Shown: piece by piece, positions 23,931 to 36,726 of the stretch | Layout: each line of letters starts with the position of its first letter | How positions within the stretch are numbered: position 1 is the stretch's first letter | Assembly: GCA_951406725.2 (NCBI GenBank) | Contig: OX597833.1 | Span: 34,100,001-34,164,000, forward strand | Origin: Octopus vulgaris | Taxonomy: Eukaryota | DNA length: 64,000 nucleotides | Direction of reading: 5' to 3' | Notes under the pieces: model-generated | Told to the model about the DNA's origin: nothing | Seen by the model: only the letters and a program-made list of their open reading frames with translations | Database searches by the model: none | Position numbers and translations under genes: made by a program

Positions 23931-24219
23931 TTGAGTCCAAGGCTTGGTTGACCGAGGACTATAGTAAAAGACATATGTCAATGTACCACACCATGGCATG
24001 GGACTGAACCTGAAATCGTGTGGTTGGGAAGCAAACTTCTAAAATGCATGCCCATGCCTGCTCCTACACACACACACACACACAGATTTGTGTAAATGTG
24101 TATATATTTATTATGTTATATTGTATATATCATGTCTTACATTCAATTTTTATTTATCACTTAATTCTGCACATTATAATGATATATTCCCTCATTCAAA
24201 TTTACTGCGTCTGTTCCAG

Positions 24220-24380
24220 ACTGCTTAGCCTGCTATAGACCCTGCACTACCAACAGCAACAATATGAATTTGTTAATGATGGCTATTGAGCAGAATGCAA
24301 CTGAATCAACATGCAATCATTTATCACAGACCAATATCAAGAAGGAGCTTCCAGAAATCTCTGCTGATTCCCCTGATATG
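24220..24380 (+). CDS. BBX: BBX coding exon 3
   Basis: Acceptor gttccag; open in phase 1 (DCLACYRPCTTNSNNMNLLMMAIEQ...SPDM). MNLLMMA resembles the BBX LSMLLLA motif. Donor gtgagt, phase 0. Confidence 0.8.
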
Positions 24381-26616
24381 GTGAGTGCCTGTGTAATTTC
24401 TGATCATTAAGCTCTAGCTTCCATAATTTTCCTTGGTCTTTCTGATTGTTACCAGGTATTTTAGAAAAATATATTTTTTTAAAAATTTAGAAAAACAACA
24501 TTGAACTCTTATATCTCTTCACTGATGAGGAGCCAAATTATGGCTCTTTACATGAGAATTACTAGAATGTGAGGGGAGTCCTTCACATTTTAGTTAATTT
24601 AGTTGACTGTAAAAGTACTACTGAAGAGTTTATCACTCTGATGTTTTTTAACCCTTCACTGGGTCACACCAAAGATAGTTGTAAGTTGTTTTGAAAGTAA
24701 TGAATAATTTGAAAAGATTTTGTAAAATATCAAACTTTTTCATTAATTGGTGTATTAAACTGACATTTGGAATATAATTTAGCAAAATGTTTTTATATAC
24801 CATATTTATTTAGTGTTAAATCTAGGGAAAAAAATTTTTCATTTCATAAGTTGTACCCAAGTTTTTTCAGTTAAAATCCAGATAAAATAATTAGATTAAT
24901 TTAAATATGGTAGTTTTGTATCATAAAACCAGGAATTGTCTGAGACATGTTGATGTCAAGAGTTAAGTCTTAAGTCATCCTTACAGCACTCACCATTCTC
25001 CTGACTATTAACTACAACCAAAAATAATGAGTGGGTCTTGAGAGTTGATTGCAAGCAAATGAATTCTTGGATTATTATATTTTACCCATGCAGAGGGAAT
25101 TACCCTGCAGTTGAGGACTGATTGAATGTTATCGAGAAGAGTTTTATATCCTGATGAACCCTATATTCATTTCAAACCTTGTCAAAGAATTAGCAGAAAA
25201 AGTTGAAACTTTGTAGTGTCATCTAAAAATCAAAATGGCAAAAACTAAAAGTACTTCCTTGAGTCTCAACATAACCCCCACCTCTCCAATTTTCATCTAA
25301 AAATCATTAATATATTTTATACGCTTATTTATTAAAAGGTAATATTTATCTTCCAAGTGGATATTGTGTTAGAACACAGAATACTACATTATTTACCATG
25401 ACAGAACCTCTCATATGGACTTGTGGTACATAAAAGCACTTGTGTTTATATTGCTGATGGGTGATAACGTCTAGTGCAGCAGCCGGAACTGCCAGATCAC
25501 ATGTTTTCACCCTTCCTTGGGCTTTTTAATGGCAAACGTCTTGCCAGACACTGCAGCCAATTCTCCCATCAGTGATATATAAAATCTCGGTGTCTATTCA
25601 GGCACTGGTGTTGCAAATAGTCAGTGTGCTTATTAAAAAATAATTGATAGTGACAGAAGCAGTATTAATACCGAAAGATAATATTTATCTTCCACTAAAA
25701 GTGGATGTGTTAGAATACAGAATAGTGTATTATTTACGAAAAGGGGTTTATTTACATGAGGTTTTGCATGAAATTTGAAATGTAGAAGATTTGTCAAAAG
25801 TCAAATCCAAAAGTCAGCATGGCAATGACTAAAGTATTATACTGAGGATTTACTAAATATAAAATGTGTTTCTCTAGTTATAAGCAGTACTGCAACACTA
25901 GTAAACAATAATATATAAAGAGAAAAGAATATAAGCATATTAGAAACTAAGAAAAAGAAAATATATCATAGTAAGCAAACCAAATAACTATCACTGTAAC
26001 AATGTGACATGGCAACAAAATCATGCATACACATATGTACACACAAAAATATATTATGTGGTCTACAAGATGTTCTCAAAAATAAGAAAAGAATTTAATT
26101 TCATTTGAACAGATAGTTAATAAAAGTGGGGGTTTTTTTGTGACATGGGCACATTAATTTGTTATGAAGCAGCAATGCAATGGTGATTAAAAATAAACAT
26201 TTGTACAATATTTACATATGTGTAATACAAATGGACTATCAGGTACTGCTATATTTGTTCCATTAAGAATCTTTATTAATCATGGGACAGTCGGGAATGT
26301 AGTATGTACAACATCCATAAAATTATTCTCAAGTTTGTTGTTGATCAGTTATTGATTCATCATCATGCCATTGTTTGGTGATAAGTTGAGAATTGCATAT
26401 TCTTATGGATATTGTGCATACTATACTATGTCCACCTTACAATAAAGTATTATGTTTTTATACCACTCTTAAGGTTCAATTCATCTTTGGATTTTATTGG
26501 ATTTGTGCATTACCAAACAACTGTGAACTTCTCTCCATTGATGCATTCCCTGCTATGATAATGGAACTTTTATTATTAATATATCTGAGTGTGTATCATT
26601 TTTATTTCTTTTACAG

Positions 26617-27104
26617 TCTATGCTATTGAGCCAAGAGAGCGCTAAAGTTTCCTGGTTATCTAAAATCAACCTTCAACCAGATACTGAAAACTCTGAACTC
26701 AGGTTATGTCAAAACTGGGACTTCAAGAACAAAGATATCACTCAATGCTCTTGTGAACCATCTACCAACCCAACCCAACACATTGTAAAGGAATCACCAC
26801 CCCCTAGTACTACTGATAATGCAACAAGTCCTCATCATCATTACAAAGACTGTAATGAATCTGATGGCTACAAAAATCATCAGGGTGATGCTAGTGTGGA
26901 TGTTAATTGGGCTAAATCTGCTGGTTTGGAATTTCAGTCATCCTTTGAATACCCATTGAGAGACAATAATATACCAACACGTAAATCAAAACGAAGGAAC
27001 AAAGGAGCCATTTACAAAAATCTGATTGCTAGTGGAGCTCTTCCAGCATCCCGGGAGCGTCTGGCTGAGATCCAGACCATCTACAAAGTTACCTCTGATG
27101 ATAG
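26617..27104 (+). CDS. BBX: BBX coding exon 4
   Basis: Polypyrimidine tract plus ttacag; phase 0; coincides with ORF 26620-27108, which contains TRKSKRRNKGAIYKNLIASG. Donor gtaaga, phase 2. Confidence 0.85.
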
Positions 27105-27576
27105 GTAAGAAGAAAATGTCATACTTCAGATTCAGTTTAACACTTTGGAGTTTATAGTATTGTTAATAACCACTGGATAATAACTATTATAACTAGCAAG
27201 CCCAAAAGAGGCAATTAGTTTGTAAGCTGTTGGAAATTTTAGAATTCAAAGGGGAATATAACTATATCTTATAGATACATATAACTATATGCAGTTGTGT
27301 ATAAGTTAGATGTAACTATTGCAGAGAGTTATAGCTATATGTACATTTACTTATTTAATGTTAATTTTATTAGTACTAGGTTTACCTCTTTATACACTAA
27401 GATCACTGGTAGCTCAACCATTGAGATGTTCAAATCCCACTGTGGTTGAATTTGCTTATCCTTCCTGAGTCAAATATAATTAGCAAGTGACTCTGGTGCT
27501 GATTAAATTGACTACATACCTTCTATCTCATCTGGAGTTGTTGCTTTGTTTTACAGACAGAAATCATTATTAATCC

Positions 27577-27802
27577 ACCCTTTAGCATTCAAATTATTCT
27601 ATCAAATGTAATGCTTATTTATTCATATTGTTCTCAATTAATTATGCATCATCTTGTAGCTTTGAAGTTTTAATGATGTCATTGTTTATTTTTACAACGA
27701 CATTATAGGGTTGATGGCAAAGGCCAAATCTGGCTAATTTGAACATAAAACAGGTAGAATATTTTGGCTGGATATACATCTGTTTAAATGCTAAAGGGTT
27801 AA
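27577..27802 (+). mobile_element. piggyBac-type MITE
   Basis: TIR ACCCTTTAGCATT...AATGCTAAAGGGT-TAA. Other copies at about 4965-5177, 32420-32585 and 42915-43113. Confidence 0.75.
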
Positions 27803-28433
27803 TGTTAGCAAAAAGGATGAAGTGGCAACAGATGGTAGAGCACTCATCTAATTTCCTTTCACCAGTTAATTCCCTGCCTCCACATCTATCATCGTCATCC
27901 TAATTTTTTAAACATCATCTGTTCCATGTTTGCATGGGTCAGATAGAGTTTATTGAAGTAGATTTTCTATGATTGGATACCCTACCTTCCTATAGCCAAT
28001 CCTTACTTATTTCTGAACAAAGTAATCAACTATCATGCAATGTCAAGATAAGGAGACAGTCTCTCTCTCTCTCTCAAATCTACTCACTTGGCATAAGGCT
28101 GTACTGTAAGATATTTGCCCAAGGTGCCACACATTAAGACTGAACCTGAAATCATTTTGTTGCGAAGAAAACTCCTTAACCACTCAGCCAAGCCTTTGAA
28201 ATTCTACTGCTATTGATTTTAGCCTTTCAATACTCTTAGGGTTGGTTCAGTACTTGTAAGAACTTATAATGAAGTTGACAGTCTGGTGTTGTTTAACTCC
28301 AGACCAACTCTGTTAGGTCAGACCTATATATAATCAAAGGTGTTCTAGTTGTAACCTTTATTTCTGGAAGTAGAGTATCCTGTACTTTTTCTTTTTTAAG
28401 ATGTATTTGATGCAAGTCATACAAAGTTTGAGT

Positions 28434-28436
<3 letters not shown>

Positions 28437-28484
<48 letters not shown>
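28437..28484. repeat. (TA)n microsatellite
   Basis: Directly visible. Confidence 0.95.
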
Positions 28485-28488
<4 letters not shown>

Positions 28489-28982
28489 TGATATCAGAAT
28501 TCTGAAGCAACTTCTCTTTGGCCAGTTACCAACAGATGGAAGGTCACTCTTGCACTTCAAAGACAATCTGAAGCAATGCAACATCCCCCTTTTTTTTTTC
28601 CTGGGAAAACAAGCATTAGAATGCAGGACCTGGTGCCAATCCTGCTTCTCCTCAGTTCAAAGATTTGAGCAAAGTTAATTCTAGCCTTGGAACCAACTTC
28701 ATGCAAGCTTGAAGGCATGCTGGCATAATGCTACTCCTCTAAGTGGAAACCTTACCTGTCATTGTGTTTTGTGGGATGAAGCAAAGCAGGCCTTGCCGTC
28801 AACTCAACAAAACACGTAATAAACAATCCACAAGCACTCGAGCAAACTGAGTCCGCAACCTGTTCCATTTGCCAAAAGGTTTGCAAGGCACCAGCAAGCC
28901 TCAAGAGACATATTCAGGTCCATAGAACATGATTACCACTTTATTTTACTGAGCCCTCGTTTGTTCACAAGAGAATCCATCA
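28484..28982 (+). mobile_element. RTE-clade LINE 3' end with C2H2-like fingers
   Basis: MSDIRILKQLLFGQL...HFKDNLK, then CSICQKVCKAPASLKRHIQVH; terminal gagaatccatca. Confidence 0.72.
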
Positions 28983-30181
28983 AATCAGTATATCAATATA
29001 CAAGGATAAGATGCAGAGATCCAAGTGTAGGAGATTTGTAATCTTCAAGCATGACAAGTATAGAAAACAAAAAGTGGACTCTGTACAGTCAGGAACAATA
29101 ACAATTTATTGGTGTTGAAGGTTATGTACTTTTTCCTATATCAAATTTACAAGGAAATAAAATAAGCTGAATGTTTTTGTATAGGTCACGGTTAGCAACT
29201 AGTGTTGATATGATCTGATTTATATATATATATATATATCTGATGGCTGTAACTCAATTTTGAGGCATGCTTGATAATTCTCTTAAATATGAGTAGCACT
29301 CTTGCAACAGATATTAAAGTTTACTGATCATGCTGACACACACCTTCATGGAACTTTACATTCTATATATATGTGTGTGTATGCCAGTGCCACGTTTAAA
29401 CACCAGCTAGTTGATATGACTGTCAAACTGTACAATATGTGGTTAATGACATTGTAAAGTGGTTGACATTAGCAAGAGCATCCAGCCATACAACCATACC
29501 AAAACAGATGACTGGAGCCTGGGCAGCTTGACAGCTTGACAGCTCCTGTCAAACCATCCAACCCATGCCAGCATAGAAAACAGGCGTTAAATGATAAAAA
29601 AAATGATATACATATATACACAAACACACAAGGTATCATGTTTGGTGTCCTCTCTCACAATAAGTTCCAGTGTTATTTACTGTTGTACATGATTGCTCAA
29701 CTTGTACTTTTTCAGGTTTGATCTGTTGCTAAACAACAACTAGTTGATATGACTGTCAAACTCTGTACAATATGTGGTTAATGACTTCATGTATGGATTG
29801 TGTCCTATGTCCTTCATATCACCTGTGGCTAAATGATCCCTGTTCAGTTTATGGCCAGGGTCTGTTATGCCAGCAGGTAAATGACCTTCATATGCCCTTT
29901 ACTGTTAACATTTCTTTGTGACTATTTTGCATAGCCTATGGCTGATAACCCTTTTTCAAAGTAAAACATCTCTCACCTGCTGAATTTTTACTCATGACCT
30001 TTTGTATGATCTGTTGCTAATTAGTCTTGATCTGTCACTCACAACTTTTTGTACAACCTGTTATTAATGATCTATATGTAACTGAGGATTGATGCCCTTT
30101 ATACATGTTAGAGCCAATACTCTTTTTTAAAATAAATCCCCTCTCATTTCTATTTCTATCTCATGCTGCTCTCCCTTCTAG

Positions 30182-30301
30182 TAATGATGTATATGACTAT
30201 CACCAACACCAACAGTATCGGTCATGTGAACAAACAGGCCGCAAACTGCAACGTACTATGTCAGAATCAGATTCACAGCTAGACAAACGTTACAAAACTG
30301 G
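30182..30301 (+). CDS. BBX: BBX coding exon 5
   Basis: Acceptor ccttctag; open in phase 2 (NDVYDY...RTMSESDSQLDKRYKTG). Donor gtaagt, phase 2. Confidence 0.85.
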
Positions 30302-31005
30302 GTAAGTGTTTTCAGGAATTTTGCTATTTATATAATTTTCTGAGCATTTTTAGCACCTTCTTTGTATAGTTTCAATTTGAAATTTGAGATCTGTTGTTAC
30401 CATAATGATTTAAAGTAAAAATTCATCTTGAAATAGTTTTTATCTTCTGTTTTCTACTCCCTTGTGTTTAAACTTGTCATTCAAATTGATATTGCAAATC
30501 CAGTAGATTTTTCTTCAAATATCAGCCAAATCTTTGTCCTTCACCTGTAAACTTAACCTACTGCCTATTTTAAAATCACCACTTTTTAATGGAGTCGACT
30601 CTTTTATAATTGTTTGGACCAAGGCTCTGTTCTAAGGATAACTTCCTCACTCTCCCACTAGTCACAAACTTGCAGGGCAATGTTCCTTGTTAGCTGTGCA
30701 CATGTACACATTTTACATCTAGCACACAAAGGAAAAAATGTGCCCAAACAAAGTATTCAAGATGAAACGAAATTTTTTTCTAGTTCAAGATGATTTTTCA
30801 CATGGATGTACTCACACTTTGCATAGAGAGACAAAATTTGCACACACATATAGCAAAAAGAAAAAACTAGAGGTAACATTGATCACAGGCATTGTTCTCT
30901 CTCCTCTGACTAAGCCATGTAAAAAGAAAAGAAATTTATCAACCAGTCAGACTCATTAAAAATTTAGAATAAAGCTATTATCATTTTGTGTTTCAAACTT
31001 TTCAG

Positions 31006-31145
31006 AGATTTTGATCTTGAAGCCAGAATTGCAACACTTCCAGCATGTTCAATGGATTCATTGGGAAGATCCCGTAAGAACTCTGGTAAACAGAGAACAT
31101 GCAGTGAAAGTTCCCGTCAGACAATCATGAGTTGTTCAACTCCCA
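31006..31145 (+). CDS. BBX: BBX coding exon 6
   Basis: Acceptor ttttcag; phase 2; reads DFDLEARIATLPACS...STP. Donor gtaagt, phase 1. Confidence 0.85.
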
Positions 31146-32769
31146 GTAAGTAATGAGACATTGTGAATTGGGAGGTAAAGGCCTGAGAAAAATATTGGCT
31201 GATAGAGAGATGTAATTTTGACATAGGGAAGATGATGGCTAACTTCTTGTATTTTTTAATTTTGTTTTAACTAATACATATATTTGTACATTTTTTAAGA
31301 TATCTCATGTCAAGAATGATATGCACTGTCATTCCCAAAGTTATTGATTTGTGTCCTATCACTAGAATTATGACCATGGAATATTATTACCAGCATCAGT
31401 GTCACAAAACATTGTTTTTATCAATATATTTGACACAAGATCTTTCATCATTATCATCGTATAAAAGGTCTATACAACCTATAAATAATTCCCCTCCTAT
31501 CACATCATATTTGTTAGTGTGTTTTTATGTACAGTTGAACTGGTGACCATTGTATTTTGACTTACTTAAATGTTAATCTTCACATTACATGGCCATCAAA
31601 CCACTTGTCATTTATACAGTGATTCTGCCATGTGCAACAATGAACTGTTGCATTTCCCTTAGTATGTTTAGTAGACCTAAAGAAGGTTTGGTATTGCTAA
31701 AATGTTGGTCCTCTTCATATCGTTTATGGTAATCTCCAACACCATAAGTTGTCAGGTGCTGTGATTATGAAGCAATATTGAAAAAAATCAACAAAAAAGG
31801 ATTTGGTTGTATTACTTATCCTTATTCTTTCTGATCTTACTTTATTTAGAAAGACAAAAAGACAGACAGGTATTACATGTCTTACATATTGTGTAAGTTT
31901 TCTGCATGCATATTTAAACTGTTAGCTATTTAAAACTTAAATTGCTATTGTATACTTCTGTAATATTTGAAGTTCATATAATTCTAATTTTTAAATATTA
32001 GATTAAAAATATGAGCTAATATTAAATTTGCTGACAAGTGCATATTAATATTATATTCACTGCAATGATGAGCACCAGTTCAAAAAAAAGTTTGTTTTTT
32101 TTACAGTATTAACTCATATCAACTCATCAAAAAACATGAAACACAATTGTGGTGAGAAAGAGAGATGATAGCATCGGTATAAATATGTAATGCCAATAGT
32201 TGACATAATATTTTTTACACTGAGGAAAGTAGATGTCATCTGCAGCAAAGATTTGAGGGAAAGCTTGTTAAGATCAGAGATATAGAGAGAGCTGCAAGGA
32301 TATTGCTAATGTGTCAAACACATACAAGCATGGAAATAAAAACAATTCTGTTTATCTAATTTTTAATGATAATATAAACGCCTGTGTTCCGATATTTAAG
32401 AATATCATTGATCCAATGTTTAACTTTTTAGCATTCTGATTTTTTTTGTCAAATGTATTGCTTATTTATTCATATTATTTAGAATAACATTGTAAGGTAA
32501 GTGTGAGAGGCTAGATCTGGTCAATTTTAACATAAAACAGGCAGAATATTTGGCCAGATATAGCTGGATTAGATATTAAATAGTTAGAGTTATTACATTA
32601 TTATTGATATTTAGCCCTAGGTAAACTGTGCTTAAGTAGACTATGATTTAAAACATTCCAGTCATGACAACTGTCCTGTTGTTATCTTGAACTGTATTGT
32701 CCAATATATTATCTAGATACACATGTATTTTCAGCAATAGTTTATTTCTGTACATTTCTTTCTTTGCAG

Positions 32770-32919
32770 CAATCAGGACAGATATGCTTCTGGCTCCACC
32801 ACATCGACGTAGACAACCTATTTATCCACCCATTGTTGGAAGTCGGAAAAGGAAGCAACCTCGTGATGGAATCATGCGAATTGTACCCCTTTCTAAAGAA
32901 TACAAACATCCCTTAGCTA
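32770..32919 (+). CDS. BBX: BBX coding exon 7
   Basis: Acceptor tttgcag; phase 1; IVGSRKRKQPRDGIMRI resembles the basic KRKARKTKITHL motif of BBX. Donor gtaagt, phase 1. Confidence 0.85.
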
Positions 32920-34186
32920 GTAAGTTCTTTTGTTTTGGTTTTGATTCTCTTATTGTTGATGGGGAATGAAAAGATTGAAGCCTGAGAATTTAGAGAAGGA
33001 GCAAGTAGACTGTAATAATGTTAATGCTTTTCTTTGGTCGTTATTGAAATGGTATTAATCAAGATCTAAAGTCTGCTTATAGATTTTTGTCACTTCCTGA
33101 ACTTAACGCTACTCTGTGATAATTGCTACAGATGTGAGAAATTGTGATTTCTAAATTAGGCACAGGGCCACAAATTTGTTGGGGAGGAAACAAACTCCAG
33201 TATTTTATTGACTACTGAAAGATAAGATAACAGGCTAAGTTGATTCTGGCATCATTTGAAATCAGAACATAAATACTGCTCAAACATTTTGTCTGTCTCT
33301 ACCAGTTCTGTTAGTCCAATAATTTACCACACTAATACTTACATAGCCATGATAGTTCATAAAACAAAATTGAAAAGTTCTGATTGTCATGCTTTCCTCC
33401 TGTCAAGCATGACCATCATGCAAGTATAGCAATTGGAATTGGCTTCTGAAGCTGGATTGTAGAATTCTTATATATGTGTTTGTGTGTATGAATTAGTCAG
33501 AACAGAATGGCCATGGTATATTGCAGGGCTTCCAAGACTAGTAGGAAGAAATTATCCTGTATTCGAAAATTTGGCTTAAATGTTTGATGCTGAGTGTGCT
33601 TTGCTAAAGGTGCTCAAGAACCAGGTGACTGTTAAACTGAGCAATAGATTAAATCTACCACACAAGAAAAAGAATGGTTCTTTTGATGTACTTCTACACA
33701 CTTTCTGTTTACCAAATTTTACTCACAAATCTTTAGTTGACTTGAGGTTATAGAAAAAGGCATTTGCACAATGTATCATGCAGTAAGATTAAATAAGAAA
33801 CTACATACCTTTAATAAGAACTACAAACCTCTTAATTCTTGCTAGTATATACTGTGATAGATATTGCCTAAGATAATGGTTTCAGTATTAACTATATGAT
33901 AGAGAGGACAAAAAATTTGATCATTGTAACCTCAGCACAAAAGGCAAAGTTGACATCAATTGGATCTGAATTCCTGAACACAAGACACCAAATTTGACGG
34001 CGGGTTTTGTAGATGATTTATATTGGTCATTATTTTCTGGTTCTGTAGCTGAGTAAAGTTAATTACACAAGTTATATTTTTTAAAACTGCAACATGCAGC
34101 ACCCTTTGAGAATCATTCATGTAATTACTTTGGATTTTTTCTTGTTATTTTTACCATTTCTGCCAGACTAGGTTGTATAAAACTCC

Positions 34187-34546
34187 AAAATTATTAACCA
34201 TCATGCACCTTGAGTACCCTTTTGAACTCCGTGTGTCTAACACATGTGGACATACCTACAAAGTCAGAAAACAGCACAGCTCCTATGACTTTCGGAAACA
34301 TTTTTTCACACTCAGAATTACTGAAGCATGGAACAAACTACCTGTATCAGTTGTTAGCTGCCAAGATATTGCATCCTTTAAAACCTCCATACTTCCTGAA
34401 ATTAGCCAACACTACACCTGATATCCCCCCCCCTCCTTATGCATGCACATATGTATATTATGATTCTTACACTGTTCACTTTCCACATAGTTTTATATAC
34501 TATACATGCACCTGAGCACTATACACAATAATTTTGTTATTATTAT
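34187..34546 (+). mobile_element. 3' fragment of the same CR1 family as 5275-9629
   Basis: Aligns with 9223-9610 (tctaacac...ggacat...aaagtcagaaaacagcac...cacctgagcact); ATT tail. Confidence 0.9.
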
Positions 34547-34814
34547 CTAGTCCAGCACTAAAATTCAACCTTTTTCCACTAATTCTATCAACTCCCTCCA
34601 CCCTTCAATAATGAAAACTTCTAACTGGACCAAAACCAATTTTTTTAAGAGAACAGAATTTATGATGAAAAGCTTTCCAACCATGACCACTCCATTTTTT
34701 TTTCCAAACATAGTGTACCTAGGACTATACACGTTATTTTTAGTGTGGATTGCTGGTGAATTTCAATTTTATGTAACAGGCCAGCAATTTTGGGGGAGGG
34801 GTAAGTCAATTATA

Positions 34815-35023
34815 TTAGTTGCAAATTTTGGCACAAGGCCAGTAATTTTAGGGGAAGGCAAGTCAATTATATTGATCCCAGTGTTCAACTGGTACTTATT
34901 TTACCAACCCTGAAAGGATGGGCAAAGTCAACCTTGATGGAATTTGCATGCAGAACATAAAGACAGATGAAATGCCACTAAGCATTTTGCCCACCATGCT
35001 AATGATTGTGCCAGCTCACCACC
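34815..35023 (-). mobile_element. SINE family B
   Basis: Reverse complement of the family B body; partial tail duplication at 34775-34815. Confidence 0.8.
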
Positions 35024-35785
35024 TGATTAATAATAGTAATAATAAATACCAGATATTTGAAGAGGATTGAACAATAATTACCTCTCTAAAAAGTGTGTAG
35101 TCCTTTAGTGAAACCTACACCAGGATGAGGAGTCCATCATCTCCATTAAAACTTGGGACTACCCATTGATGAAGCTGCTAAAAATCTCCTTTGTAAAAAC
35201 TAAAATGGCTTAAGCATTAAAACCAAAACAATAATTTAATATTAGTTATAAACCAATTAGTTTGTAAAATTAAGGATTCGTTATATTTCTTAGCACAGAT
35301 ACACCCCACCACACACACACACATTCGTATGCACTGGTAATTCACCTATAATATTAAAAAGGTTCTTTACCTTTACTCTAGGCAGTCATTTGGCTAAAAA
35401 TAGCTGAATATCCCTCAAGTTATATCCTATTGTCATTAAAAAAAAACATTATGTGATTTAAAAAAGTATGAGAAACACTGAAAAACAGAGCCAAGATAGT
35501 TATGATTGTTACATCTCTGACCATTAAAAAAGTCTGAAAGTTTAGTATGCAGGCTGACTAAATAACAATGACCTAAAAATATAATTTTCAAATCGTTTTA
35601 GTTCACCTTAAATTTTCAAGTTATATAATAGGTAACATTACAGAGAATATCACAGAAAATGTATAGTAAATTCTTTATATGGCTCTACATTTCTATAAAA
35701 CATTTGCTTGTCTTTGCTCTCACATAAACATGTTTGATGTTTGCTAAACAATAAAATTAATTTATTTTTCATTTTCATCAATTAG

Positions 35786-36726
35786 ATGTCATGAAGATCC
35801 CACTTGCTACATTCTATGTACACCCATCTATGAAATCATACCAAGATCTACAGCTAAACAAGAAATCTGATAGTCATGATGCGGTGACCTCTGAATCTGA
35901 AGGCAAAGATGAGGATTGTTATATTGCAAGTTCTGCTACTCCAAATGTTGCAAATGGTGAAGAAACTGTCACAGCTGCACAGGCATTGACAATTGATATA
36001 AAATGCACTGAGGGGTCTGAAACATTGAAATATAGTGAGAATTTACAACCATTATCTACTGCTGCCGCATGTACCAAGACAGGTGGTGGAATACTGACAA
36101 CATCAAATTTAGTGACTCAGTCACGCTTGACTTTCCACTCAAATCATATTCCACTTGCTACAAGCAGGAGCCTAACGAGCAATAATTCCAACCACTGCTG
36201 CAGTGCTACCTATAATAATAATGATAATAATAATAATAATAATAAAAATAGCAACATATACAACAGTTCTAACATTAGCTACACTGCTACATGTAATAAC
36301 AACTATAATAATAACAACAATTTTAACTGCAGTTACAATGCTAGCTACATTAAAAACAACAGCATTTCAGCTAATAGCTGCAATGCTGGCTATAACAACA
36401 ATAGCAATAATAACAGCTATAAAATTACTTTTAACAACAATAATAATGATAACATCAACAAAAACAGCTGCTTTGCAGTTGGTGCCAGTTCAGTGAATAG
36501 AGTTACACACATGGATAATACTAAATGTTCCGGTGATAATAAAGAAAAACCAACCTGTCCAGGTCTGGAAGTGAACCAGAATTTACATGTTACTGGTGAA
36601 CTGAAGGTGACTGTGGAAGATCAGTCCTTGAAGCGAGCTAAACTGGGTGAAAATCCAGACTTCAAAATCTGGATTTCAAATCTTGCAGAAGCTGCTGAAC
36701 GGTCCGGACAGATTCCTGTTTGCTAA
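35786..36726 (+). CDS. BBX: BBX terminal coding exon with Asn-rich low-complexity region
   Basis: Acceptor attag; phase 1 joins ORF 35791-36726; ends ISNLAEAAERSGQIPVC*. The eight exons sum to 2364 nt, which is 787 aa plus stop. Confidence 0.85.

Noticed and set aside
24522-24551. Hammerhead-like CTGATGA-G-GAGCCA-aatta-TGGCTC
   Set aside because: Stem II is perfect, but the essential GAAA is replaced by TTTAC and I could find no stems I or III. Similar CTGATGA hits near 20075 and 25152 are worse.
36203-36496. Ile/Thr-rich hydrophobic 97-aa ORF
   Set aside because: Alternate-frame reading of the Asn-rich BBX exon (AAT read as ATA, AAC as ACA).
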